Origin: Paludibacteraceae bacterium
Lineage (GTDB): Bacteria; Bacteroidota; Bacteroidia; Bacteroidales; Paludibacteraceae
NCBI GenBank assembly: GCA_905234685.1
Contig: CAJOIR010000005.1
Location: 1,794 to 65,793 of the forward strand
Length of the DNA: 64,000 nt
Reading direction: 5' to 3'
Notes under the pieces: generated by a model
What the model was told of the DNA's origin: nothing
Seen by the model: the letters and a program-made list of their open reading frames with translations, nothing else
The model's database searches: none
Shown here: positions 1 to 8,696 of the stretch, piece after piece
How the letters are laid out: every line of letters begins with the position of its first letter
How positions within the stretch are numbered: the first letter of the stretch is position 1
Program-made: the position numbers and the translations under genes

Positions 1-1419
1 GAGTCGGTTTACACTGTTGCAGGTACTCCGGCTGAACTCTTCGGAGAAGAATGGAATCCTGCCCTTACGGCTAACGACATGTCGCTGATTGTACAAGACT
101 CCATGTCATTCTACGTACTGCCGAAGTATAATGTTCAACTCCACGCAGGCAAAATCGAATGGAAAGTGGCTGTTAACCATGGTTGGGAGGTTTCTTATGG
201 TGACTATATGAACAACAACCAGAACAACGTGCTCAGTGTTCCTGCCGATGGTGCTTACAATGTGGTATTCGCATTCATGCCTCTCGGCGGAGGTGTCGGT
301 ATATGTCAAGCTGAGATTATGCCTGTTGACACAACTGTCACCTCTATCTACTACCTCGCAGGTAACAAGGAACTTACAGGCTATGATTGGGCTCCTGACA
401 GTCTTGCAATCACTCAAGGTGCTATCGTGCTTGAGAATGTTCCCGCAGGCAAACATGAGTTCAAGATTACCGACGGTCAGTGGAATACCGAAACTGACAA
501 GACTCACGAGTTCACCACTCTGAATCCTACTTGCACCTCGAAGGGTGTATATGGCGGCAACGGTGAGAACATCTACTTCACCACTAATAAAGTGCAGAAT
601 GTTGTCATCGCTATCGACGACGCTACGAAGATGATATGCGTGGTTGTTGATGCTGTAGTGCCCGACACTACCGCCAAGAAGTATTACGTGGCAGGCACAA
701 CCAACCTGTTGCAGAATGGCGACTGGGCACCTGATCGTCATGAGTTTGTTGACGGCGTGGTTGTCATTAAGAACAGCCCCGCAGGTGTTCACGGCTTCAA
801 GGTAACCGATGGTGCTTGGGGTGATGGTCATGAGTTCACTGCTCTTGACACTACTTGCTCAAGCAAGGGCGTCACTGGTGGTTATGGTCAGAACATCACC
901 TTCGAAACCTTCAAAGAGCAGGATATCACCATCCGCTTCGATGCGGAAACCAAACTCATCTGTGTTACTGTTGACACAGAGAAACCGCAGGAGTTCGTTG
1001 ACTACTACATCATAGCAGGCGACGAGAAACTGCTTGGCAAGAACTGGGATTGCAATGCAGAGGAGAACAAGATGACTGTGGCTGACGGCGTGGCTACTCT
1101 CGTTAAAGAGAGTATCGACCTCGCTCAGGGCACTTACGAGTTCAAGGTTGTAAAGAACGGCGGTCTGTGGATACCTGACGGCATGGGCAACAACTCCAAA
1201 CTCGAGATTGCTGAGACCAACACCTACAAAGTCACCTTCACCTATGTCATTGGCGAGGATGCTGCTTCGGCTGTTGCCGAGATTATCAACACCGCTGTCG
1301 ATGATATCAAGGTTGAACTTGACCTCAATGCTCCTATGTACAACGTGCTTGGTCAGCAGGTAGGCGAGAACTACCGTGGTATCGTCATCCAGAATGGTCA
1401 CAAGTTCCTTCTGTGGTAA
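1..1419 (+). CDS. Secreted multi-repeat non-catalytic carbohydrate-binding-like protein, 5' end truncated by the window edge
   Basis: Frame 1 is open from nt 1, with no stop before the ATG at 79. Nt 1-78 already encode the start of another module (VYTVAGTPAELFGEEWNP), so the gene starts upstream of the window. It has at least four ~100-aa modules of the form YY[VIL]AG..L.G..W.P....G....N.PAG.H.FK.TDG.W. The C-terminal tail LDLNAPMYNVLGQQVGENYRGIVIQNGHKF is shared with the next gene. A hairpin terminator follows. Confidence 0.75.
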   Translation, partial: ESVYTVAGTPAELFGEEWNPALTANDMSLIVQDSMSFYVLPKYNVQLHAGKIEWKVAVNHGWEVSYGDYMNNNQNNVLSVPADGAYNVVFAFMPLGGGVGICQAEIMPVDTTVTSIYYLAGNKELTGYDWAPDSLAITQGAIVLENVPAGKHEFKITDGQWNTETDKTHEFTTLNPTCTSKGVYGGNGENIYFTTNKVQNVVIAIDDATKMICVVVDAVVPDTTAKKYYVAGTTNLLQNGDWAPDRHEFVDGVVVIKNSPAGVHGFKVTDGAWGDGHEFTALDTTCSSKGVTGGYGQNITFETFKEQDITIRFDAETKLICVTVDTEKPQEFVDYYIIAGDEKLLGKNWDCNAEENKMTVADGVATLVKESIDLAQGTYEFKVVKNGGLWIPDGMGNNSKLEIAETNTYKVTFTYVIGEDAASAVAEIINTAVDDIKVELDLNAPMYNVLGQQVGENYRGIVIQNGHKFLLW

Positions 1420-1451
1420 TGCATGATTAGTAATGCATAACGCATAATTCC

Positions 1452-1485
1452 GTAAGGGCGGGCCGAGTGCTCGCCCTTACTTTTG
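1452..1485 (+). terminator. Rho-independent-type terminator hairpin
   Basis: gtaagggcg (1452-1460) pairs with cgcccttac (1472-1480) across an 11-nt loop, followed by tttt. It lies 33 nt after the stop codon at 1419. Confidence 0.7.
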
Positions 1486-1518
1486 AAAATACAATAATAA
1501 CAGCTTTATGACTTTCAA

Positions 1519-1597
1519 TTAACCTCTTAACCTTTTAACCCCTTAACCCCTTAACCTTATAGCCTCTTACCCTCTTAGCCTATTAACCTATTACCCT
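1519..1597. repeat. Word-like tandem array, CCTCTTAACC/CCTTTTAACC family
   Basis: The sequence ttaacctcttaaccttttaaccccttaaccccttaaccttatagcctcttaccctcttagcctattaacctattaccc consists of degenerate 7-10 nt units. The same word family recurs at 19488-19519, 19989-20045 and 38271-38296. Confidence 0.85.
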
Positions 1598-1636
1598 TTC
1601 GAAATGTCCTTTTTTTCTTTCGATTCACTCTCTCGC

Positions 1637-1669
1637 CACTATAGGATCACTATAGGATCACTATAGGTT
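1637..1669. repeat. Three tandem copies of an 11-nt unit (cactataggat)
   Basis: The sequence reads cactataggat cactataggat cactataggtt directly. Confidence 0.9.
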
Positions 1670-1805
1670 CCGGATTTGCTTGTTTTCCTTTCGATCGAAA
1701 CTTTCGAAACATCTCCACTGACTCATGGGATGTGACATGCAAGTTTAGAGCGTTATCAATTGTAAAAAAATGCTATCATAATTTTGTTATGTCAATGATT
1801 GTTTG

Positions 1806-1813
1806 TACCTTTG
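1806..1813 (+). promoter_or_regulatory. Candidate Bacteroidetes -7 promoter box (TACCTTTG)
   Basis: Matches the TAnnTTTG consensus. It is intergenic, 98 nt upstream of the ATG at 1912. Confidence 0.45.
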
Positions 1814-1911
1814 CAGCCGATTTTGGCAAAACGCACGGGTTATCACCCTCGCTTGCCACATGTTTAGAAATAACTAACTATTAAATATAAACAACTAAAA
1901 ACACAACTTTT

Positions 1912-3363
1912 ATGAAGAAATTTACTCTCTTGTTTGCAATGACACTTGCTTCAGTAAGTATTTTTGCTAAAACATTGTATTTGGTACCAAGTTCAGATTG
2001 GTTAACTAATAATGCGCGTTTCGCCGTGTATATGTATGGCAATGGTGAAGATTGGGCTAATTTGACTTTGGTGGATATGTATACACATACGTACACGGTT
2101 AACGTTGATGAAAAGTATCCAAATGTAATATTTTGTCGTATGAATCCTGCTACAAATGAGAATAATTGGGATAATAAATGGAATCAAACAGGTGACTTGA
2201 CTATTGCAGCAGACAAGGATTTATATACTGTTTCGGGTTGGGGTGATGGCGCTTGGTCAGTATTTACACCAGCTACTTATTATATTGCAGGTTCGAGTAA
2301 CCTTATGCAGGATGGTTCATGGTCACCTAATCAGCACCAATTTGTTAATGGTACAGTAACTATTCAAAATAGTCCTATTGGTCTTCATGGTTTAAAGATT
2401 TCTAACGGTAGTAGTTGGGATAATCTTCTTTATGTTACCATAGACGCTACAAACTCAAGTGCTGGTGTAACAGGAGGTGGTAATGATAATATCTCATTTA
2501 CTACATGTGCAGTAGGTGATGTCACAATTGATTTTGATTGTGCAACAGGTTTGGTAGTTGTTACGGCAACAACAGAATGTACAGAATATACATATTATGT
2601 AGCTGGTGACGAGGCATTGACTGGATGCAATTGGAATTCTGCATGCGCTGCTTCACAACTTGAAAATGGTTCTGTTACCTTGTCTGACGTTGCACCTGGT
2701 ACTCATACATTCCGTATCACTGATGGATCGTGGACTACTGAGCATGGATTTGCTCAATTTGACGCAGAACATTCTACAGCTACTAATGTTATATGTACAG
2801 AAACAGACAATAATATTAGGTTCTCAACTGCAAAGACACAAGACATAACCATTACCTTTAACGAGACTACTGATAAGATTTGTTTAAATGCAATAACAGG
2901 AACAACTCGTTATATAGCTGGTACAAGTAATTTGGTAGGTGTCAAATGGAGTTCAAACGGAGTATATTTGGATGACGGAGTCGTTACATTTACCAATGTT
3001 CCGGCAGAGCAGGAATTGCATTTCAAGATTACTGATGGAACATGGACTAATACCCTCGGTTATGATGAATTAGTTGATGGGAAGGAAAATTGCTCTAATG
3101 TATCGTTAACAAGAGGCTCTGACGATAATAATAACAATATTGTATTTACTCTCTCTCTACAAACAAATGTTACAATTACTTTTAATGAAGAGACAAAAAC
3201 AATCTGTGTTCAAGCTGCGAATGTAGGTCCTACCACTTCAATCGAAAATGTTGAGATGGTCGAACTTGACCTGAATGCTCCGATATTCAATGTGCTTGGT
3301 CAGCAAGTTAATGCCGAATACAAGGGCATCGTTATCCAAAACGGTCAGAAATTCATTCGTTAA
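1912..3363 (+). CDS. Secreted multi-repeat carbohydrate-binding-like protein, low-GC paralog of the upstream gene
   Basis: Signal peptide MKKFTLLFAMTLASVSIFA. The N-terminal module (LYLVPSSDWLTNNARFAVYMYG..W....IFCRMNP....WDNKWNQTGDL) has a layout reminiscent of starch-binding CBM25/26-type modules; this is an eye-level inference. It is followed by four YY[IV]AG...W.....G.....PG.H.F[KR]ITDG.W modules as in 1..1419. The C-terminal tail is near-identical: LDLNAPIFNVLGQQVNAEYKGIVIQNGQKF. Confidence 0.8.
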   Translation: MKKFTLLFAMTLASVSIFAKTLYLVPSSDWLTNNARFAVYMYGNGEDWANLTLVDMYTHTYTVNVDEKYPNVIFCRMNPATNENNWDNKWNQTGDLTIAADKDLYTVSGWGDGAWSVFTPATYYIAGSSNLMQDGSWSPNQHQFVNGTVTIQNSPIGLHGLKISNGSSWDNLLYVTIDATNSSAGVTGGGNDNISFTTCAVGDVTIDFDCATGLVVVTATTECTEYTYYVAGDEALTGCNWNSACAASQLENGSVTLSDVAPGTHTFRITDGSWTTEHGFAQFDAEHSTATNVICTETDNNIRFSTAKTQDITITFNETTDKICLNAITGTTRYIAGTSNLVGVKWSSNGVYLDDGVVTFTNVPAEQELHFKITDGTWTNTLGYDELVDGKENCSNVSLTRGSDDNNNNIVFTLSLQTNVTITFNEETKTICVQAANVGPTTSIENVEMVELDLNAPIFNVLGQQVNAEYKGIVIQNGQKFIR

Positions 3364-3390
3364 TATATAGCGTATAAAGTATATTCATTA

Positions 3391-3426
3391 AGGGCGAATC
3401 CGTCAACTGATGGATCGCCCTTTTTA
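3391..3426 (+). terminator. Rho-independent-type terminator hairpin
   Basis: agggcg-a-atcc (3391-3401) pairs with ggat-cgccct (3412-3421), followed by ttttt. It lies 28 nt after the stop at 3363. Confidence 0.7.
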
Positions 3427-3586
3427 TATGCTGGCAACATTATTCGACATGCATAACCCGGATGAATCATAAAAATTGCATGAGACAATTGAGATTATTG
3501 AGACAATTGATACAAATTCATGCTGTTTTTTTGTGTATTGAGAATTATTTAGTAACTTTACGCACTTTAACGAAACACTCTTTATC

Positions 3587-6337
3587 ATGAAACGACAACT
3601 GTTCTTTTTACTCTCTTTCTTCTGCTGTCTCTCTCTGTCAGCACAGGTGACAACCAAACCGGCCTTCATACCAATCGGTTATGACGGCGAGATAACCGTT
3701 ATCTTCAACCCCAACGAGGGCAACGGCGGCATGAAAAATGCTACCCAGTGTTGGGCGCACACGGGTGTTACGAGCAATGGCAAGACCTGGCAGCATGTGC
3801 CTGGTAGTTGGCGCAGTTACCCTCAGAAGTGCAAACTGACAAAGAATACCGACGGCAACTGGGAACTTAAGATTACTCCTAACGTTCAGTCTTTCTATGG
3901 TTGTGCGGCTTCGGAGAAGGTGACGCAACTGAGCTTCGTCTTCAACGATGGTCCTTCAGGCTCGCTTGAAGGCAAGACTACGGCAGGCGGCGACATCTTC
4001 GTTGACTTCATTTCTGGTGGTCTCTTTGCTAAGATTACTTCGCCTTCAGGTAACCAGTTGCTCACAGGCGCCAAGTCGATGACTATCGAGTGCGCCGCAT
4101 CAATGGAGGCTGACCTGACACTCAAGATTGACGGTGAGGTTGTTAAGTCTGTCAAAGGCACTTCTCTCTCATACCCTTACAACTTCAACAAGGCCGACAC
4201 CAAAGTTTGGTTTAGTGCCACTGCTGATTCCAAGACTGTTACCGACGAACTCACCGTGAGCGTCATTCAGCCTACTCAGCGCAAGTCACGCCCGAGCGGC
4301 ATTGACATGGGTATCTACTACAACAAGGACGATGCCACCAAGGTGACTCTTGCCACCTATGCCGCCAGCAAGACAGAGGCTGCGCAGGCAGTGTATGTGG
4401 TAGGCGACTTCAACAACTGGACTACTTCCGCTGCTTCGCAGATGTATCAGGACGGCAACTACTTCTGGATTGAACTCACCGACCTTGAACCGCAGAAAGA
4501 GTATGCGATGCAGTATGTTGTGGTGCGTGCCGATGGAGTGGTGAAGCGCATCAGCGACCTTTTCTCCGAGAAACTGCTTCACCCTGACGACCAGTATGAG
4601 CCTAAGCATCTCGATCCATCGCTCAGGGACTACCCTGAGCAGGGAGATGGCTATGTAACTGTCATTCAAACGCAGAAGCCTGCCTTCAAGTGGAGTGATG
4701 CCACTCTCAACTTCCGCCGCCCTGACAAAAACAACCTTATTATCTACGAACTCTGGGTGTATGACTACACCGCCGAGCGCTCGCTTGATGGCTTGATGAA
4801 GCGTCTCGACTACCTCGAGAATCTTGGCGTCAATGCCATTGAACTTATGCCGGTATGCGAGTTCGACGGCAACTACAACTGGGGTTACTCACCCAATCAC
4901 TATTTCGCCTTTGACAAGGCATACGGCACTGAGACTCAGTTCAAGACTTTCATCGACGAGTGCCACAAGCGCGGCATGGCGGTTATAATGGATATGGTCT
5001 TCAACCATGCCACTGGTCTCAACCCTATGAACAAACTCTACCCTTATGGTGATGACTTGAAGTATAATCCATGGTTTAACGTCACTGCGCCTCACTCCGA
5101 CAACGTCTATGAGGACTGGAATCATGACTTCTCGCCTGCTAAACGTATGTTCACACGTGCACTCAACTATTGGCTAACGGAGTATCATGTTGATGGTTAC
5201 CGAATGGATCTCAGTCATGGCTTCTGTGGAGCTAACTGCAACAAACTGATGTCAAACATTAGTCACTATTACCAAAACGGTGTACTTGCTGCCGCTGATG
5301 CCGAGAAACACGGTGAGCCTTATTTCATCATGGAACACTGGGGTGGTAGCATGGGTACACAGCGTCCGCAACTCGTTAGCGAGGGTATGCTCTGTTGGGA
5401 GAACATCAACAACGCCTATTCCCAGTTGGCTATGGGATACAACACCGAGAGTAACCTCGGCAATGCCAACCGCGACGGCTACGTAAGCTACTGCGAGAGC
5501 CATGATGAGGAGCGTAACTACTACAAGGCAAAGACCTATGGCTCGGGCATAGTAAAGACCGATGAGTCTGCACGCCTTAAACGTGTGCCTCTTACTATGG
5601 CATTCAACTTACTCCTCAATGGTCCTCACATGATATGGCAATACAACGAAATCGGCTACGACTACTCAATCAACTCCACGCTCGGCAGTAGCACTATCAG
5701 CGAGGGCAACCGTACTTCAAAGAAGGCTCGTCCTGAGAATCTTGGTTGGTTCCAGAATGCGTTGCGTATGGAACAGTATCAGAAGGTGGCACAGATAGTA
5801 CAACTGCGTACCAGACTCATGCCAGAGGTTTTCGCAGGTAATCCTACAAGCGCTTCTGTTTCCTCAGGTTGGGTAAGAACCGTGGCGTGGGGTAGTGGCG
5901 ACAACCAGGTGTTTGTGATGGGTAACTTCATGCCTGAAACAGTACAGACTGCGTCATTGCCTGTAGGCACATGGTATGACTACCTTGCAGGTGGCACTAC
6001 TGTGCAGGGAGGCACTATCTCGCTCCTCGGCGGTGAGTTGCGTATCTTCACCACGAAGAAGTTTGACCTGCCTCAGGTGCCTGCCTCATATCAGTTCGCA
6101 CTAAAGGTTGAAGATATCGTCAAGGCGGGTGGCGTTGAGGTTTGGCCTACACTCACTGATGACGAAATCAATCTGTCTCAAGCAGTTGATGTTGAAGTGT
6201 ATAATCTTAATGGTCAGATGTTGCTCAGTCGCCGCAAAGTGTCAAGTCTCAGTATTGGTTCGCTTCGCAGCGGCATGTATATGCTTCGTCTGATTCATGA
6301 TGGCAAGCAGAATACTGTGAAGGTCATCCGTCGCTGA
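3587..6337 (+). CDS. Secreted GH13 alpha-amylase-family glycoside hydrolase with a CBM48/E-set-like module and a T9SS C-terminal sorting domain
   Basis: Signal peptide present. GH13 conserved regions are present: DMVFNHA (I), GYRMDLSHG (II, nucleophile Asp), EHWG (III, acid/base Glu) and YCESHDE (IV), plus GVNAIELMPV. The segment VYVVGDFNNWT is typical of the early-set/CBM48 module. The C-terminus VEVYNLNGQMLLSRRKVSSLSIGSLRSGMYMLRLIHDGKQNTVKVIRR fits a type A T9SS CTD. TAACTTTA at 3553-3560 is a possible variant -7 box. Confidence 0.9.
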   Translation: MKRQLFFLLSFFCCLSLSAQVTTKPAFIPIGYDGEITVIFNPNEGNGGMKNATQCWAHTGVTSNGKTWQHVPGSWRSYPQKCKLTKNTDGNWELKITPNVQSFYGCAASEKVTQLSFVFNDGPSGSLEGKTTAGGDIFVDFISGGLFAKITSPSGNQLLTGAKSMTIECAASMEADLTLKIDGEVVKSVKGTSLSYPYNFNKADTKVWFSATADSKTVTDELTVSVIQPTQRKSRPSGIDMGIYYNKDDATKVTLATYAASKTEAAQAVYVVGDFNNWTTSAASQMYQDGNYFWIELTDLEPQKEYAMQYVVVRADGVVKRISDLFSEKLLHPDDQYEPKHLDPSLRDYPEQGDGYVTVIQTQKPAFKWSDATLNFRRPDKNNLIIYELWVYDYTAERSLDGLMKRLDYLENLGVNAIELMPVCEFDGNYNWGYSPNHYFAFDKAYGTETQFKTFIDECHKRGMAVIMDMVFNHATGLNPMNKLYPYGDDLKYNPWFNVTAPHSDNVYEDWNHDFSPAKRMFTRALNYWLTEYHVDGYRMDLSHGFCGANCNKLMSNISHYYQNGVLAAADAEKHGEPYFIMEHWGGSMGTQRPQLVSEGMLCWENINNAYSQLAMGYNTESNLGNANRDGYVSYCESHDEERNYYKAKTYGSGIVKTDESARLKRVPLTMAFNLLLNGPHMIWQYNEIGYDYSINSTLGSSTISEGNRTSKKARPENLGWFQNALRMEQYQKVAQIVQLRTRLMPEVFAGNPTSASVSSGWVRTVAWGSGDNQVFVMGNFMPETVQTASLPVGTWYDYLAGGTTVQGGTISLLGGELRIFTTKKFDLPQVPASYQFALKVEDIVKAGGVEVWPTLTDDEINLSQAVDVEVYNLNGQMLLSRRKVSSLSIGSLRSGMYMLRLIHDGKQNTVKVIRR

Positions 6338-6410
6338 TATAAAGTGGTATATAGTTTAATAGTGAATTATATACAATAATACGGACTACATAATAAAGTA
6401 CAGATAAAAG

Positions 6411-6443
6411 AATAAGCGCCGAGATTGTGTCTCGGCGCTTATT
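6411..6443. terminator. Bidirectional terminator hairpin between convergent genes
   Basis: A perfect 14-bp stem, aataagcgccgaga / tctcggcgcttatt, closes a 5-nt loop. It is flanked by aaaag on the left and ctgtctt on the right. It sits between the + gene ending at 6337 and the - gene ending at 6492. Confidence 0.75.
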
Positions 6444-6491
6444 CTGTCTTCACTCTTGATTCTTTAATCTGTCAACGCAGCGTTCTTTACT

Positions 6492-7373
6492 CTATTTACC
6501 AATTTTGAAGGGGAATGAGCCGATGAGGTTGCCTTCAACAAAGAAGTCTGCATTGTAAACACCCGGATCAAGCATTTCTTCCACTGTCCAGTACATCACG
6601 TCGTGCATCTGTTCACCGCCGTATTCAAAGTCTTTGGCAATTGAATACTCGATGTTTCTGCCTTCATAGGTGAAGGTGTTTTGCGAGTCTTTGGTCAGAA
6701 CTTCTCCGTCAGGGCGTATTATGCGCAGATAGATGCGCTTCATGCCTGTGTTGGCAGCCACATTCTTCATGATGTTATAGTCGAACTGCAACTTCTGAAT
6801 CTTGCTCAAACGACCTGTCTTCTTGTCTCGGTTGTTAAGCGGAGTCATGGTAAAACCTGTTGCCTCAAGCATTTGTGCGCGGTTTACCACTGCGGTCAGT
6901 TTCACTTTCTCCTCCTCAAGTATGGTGGCGCGTTGTGAGGCTTCTGCATACTGTTGCTTAACCACGGTGTTCTCTTGTGTCAAACGCTCGTTGCTCTGCG
7001 AGAGAGAGTCGATTTGGTGAACATACTCCACCATCACAGCGCGTACTGTAGCCAGTTCTTTCTTCAACTCGGCAATACGGCGTGCATTCGTGGCTTTGGT
7101 AATCTTCAGTTCTTCCAACAGGTCTTGCACGCGTTGTTGCTCCTGAGCAAGTTTATCGGCAAGTGAGTCGTTGTTCAGGTTACGTCCGTAGCCGTCGAAT
7201 TGCAGTGCGAGATCTTCGTACTCGTCTTCAAGTTGCTCCTTCTCGAAGGTCATCTGCTCGACCATCTCCTGCATCTCGTCTTTAGTCTGACGGTTGTCAA
7301 CAAGCAGATAGATAGCTGCTGCAAGAAGCACTGCTATTACTGCAATCAGAATGTAAAGTGTTGTCTTTTTCAT
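6492..7373 (-). CDS. Membrane-anchored coiled-coil protein of unknown function
   Basis: It has an N-terminal TM helix (LYILIAVIAVLLAAAIYLL) and ~150 aa of heptad-like E/Q/K/L-rich sequence. A globular C-terminal domain follows. It starts 9 nt after the murF stop, so the two are probably co-transcribed. Confidence 0.7.
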   Translation of the reverse strand: MKKTTLYILIAVIAVLLAAAIYLLVDNRQTKDEMQEMVEQMTFEKEQLEDEYEDLALQFDGYGRNLNNDSLADKLAQEQQRVQDLLEELKITKATNARRIAELKKELATVRAVMVEYVHQIDSLSQSNERLTQENTVVKQQYAEASQRATILEEEKVKLTAVVNRAQMLEATGFTMTPLNNRDKKTGRLSKIQKLQFDYNIMKNVAANTGMKRIYLRIIRPDGEVLTKDSQNTFTYEGRNIEYSIAKDFEYGGEQMHDVMYWTVEEMLDPGVYNADFFVEGNLIGSFPFKIGK

Positions 7374-7382
7374 ATTGTTATA

Positions 7383-8675
7383 TTATAGTTTGTTGATTAT
7401 TTGTTCAAGATGTATTCCGTGAGAGCCTTTTATGAGTATTGTCTTTCCGCTTATAGGGTGTTCGGTGAGATGTTCTGCCAGTGCCTGAACGTTGGCAAAC
7501 ACAGGGTAGGGGGCCGTCGTCTTGCCGAATTCTCCACCTACCAATAGTACGTTTTGCTGCTTCTGCTCAAGCAGCATATTCACTATGTTCTGGTGTTCTG
7601 TCAGTGAGTATTCGCCCAACTCCAGCATGTCACCGAGAATGAACATTCTACAGTCGCTTGACTTATTTAGTATCCTAAGCTCATCCTGACCTGATCCTAA
7701 GCTCACTGATGGTGTGGTAATGAAATTCTGTATTGCCGCCATCATTGAGGTCGGATTGGCATTGTATGCATCCACGACAAGCGTATTGTGCTCTGTACGT
7801 AGCAGTTGCGAGCGGTTGTTTGATGGTATGTAGCTGCGTATGGCGTCCAAGCCTGCTTCGCGGCTTAAACCGAAGTGTTCACCTACACACAATGCTGCCT
7901 GTACGTTCTCCGAGTTGTATCCGCCAACAAGGTGTGTGCCTTCGGGCAACTTGCCTGTGTGATAGCCTATTGTCTGCAAGTCGCCTGCCATTTGGGATAA
8001 ATACTGGTTGTCTAAGTTGCGGAAGCAGAAACCTGAGTGTGCTTTCAGATAGTCGTAGAGTTCTTTCTTTGTCTGCATCACTCCATCGAACGAACCGAAA
8101 CCTTGAAGGTGGGCTCTGCCCACATTGGTTATCAGTCCGCAGTCAGGTTCGGCTATATCCACCAGTTCTCTTATGTCACCCGGATGCGAGGCTCCCATCT
8201 CTATTATCGCCAGTTCATGCTTGTCTGTCAGTTGCAACAGCGTGAGTGGTACGCCTACATGATTGTTCAGGTTGCCTTGTGTGTAATGTATGTTGTATTT
8301 GGTGCCAAGCACGGTCGCAGTCAGTTCTTTCGTAGTGGTCTTGCCGTTGGTACCTGTAATGCCGATTATTGTTTTACCCCATTGTCTGCGCCACTCGCGT
8401 GCTAACTGTTGCAATGCCTTCAATGTGTTGTCAACGCGAATCACACGCTCTGAAAACTCCGGAAGCTCTAAGTTCTCCGAGTATTTGGAGATATCTTCGT
8501 CCACCACAGCGAGCGAAGCGCCATCTCTGAGTGCCTGCAAAGCAAAGCGGTTACCGTTGAAGTTCTCTCCGCGCAATGCAAAGAATATGCAGCCTGCAGG
8601 CAGATTCCGTGTGTCGGTTGACACCGATATGCTGCCTTCGGCTGTATAACCCTTTTGAATAATCTTCTCTAACAT
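7383..8675 (-). CDS. murF: UDP-N-acetylmuramoyl-tripeptide--D-alanyl-D-alanine ligase
   Basis: Mur ligase ATP-binding motif GITGTNGKTTTKE, the DAYNANPTSM motif, and overall MurF length and layout. The ORF-track start at 8678 is GTG. I prefer the ATG one codon downstream (8675). Confidence 0.9.
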   Translation of the reverse strand: MLEKIIQKGYTAEGSISVSTDTRNLPAGCIFFALRGENFNGNRFALQALRDGASLAVVDEDISKYSENLELPEFSERVIRVDNTLKALQQLAREWRRQWGKTIIGITGTNGKTTTKELTATVLGTKYNIHYTQGNLNNHVGVPLTLLQLTDKHELAIIEMGASHPGDIRELVDIAEPDCGLITNVGRAHLQGFGSFDGVMQTKKELYDYLKAHSGFCFRNLDNQYLSQMAGDLQTIGYHTGKLPEGTHLVGGYNSENVQAALCVGEHFGLSREAGLDAIRSYIPSNNRSQLLRTEHNTLVVDAYNANPTSMMAAIQNFITTPSVSLGSGQDELRILNKSSDCRMFILGDMLELGEYSLTEHQNIVNMLLEQKQQNVLLVGGEFGKTTAPYPVFANVQALAEHLTEHPISGKTILIKGSHGIHLEQIINKL

Positions 8676-8696
8676 CACAGTTCTACAATAATGAGA

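Noticed and set aside
106-1401. Long antisense or alternative-frame ORFs inside real genes. Examples: 106..831(-), 859..1401(-), 9451..10269(+), 12367..12918(-), 20187..20867(+), 22673..23263(+), 28031..28627(+), 34178..35191(+), 40754..41605(+), 41676..42509(+), 45814..46569(+) and 57332..57892(+).
   Set aside because: Each is fully nested in, or opposite to, a longer ORF with clear family motifs. Their translations are low-complexity or Cys/Arg/Ser-rich, as expected for shadow frames. None has its own promoter box or signal sequence.
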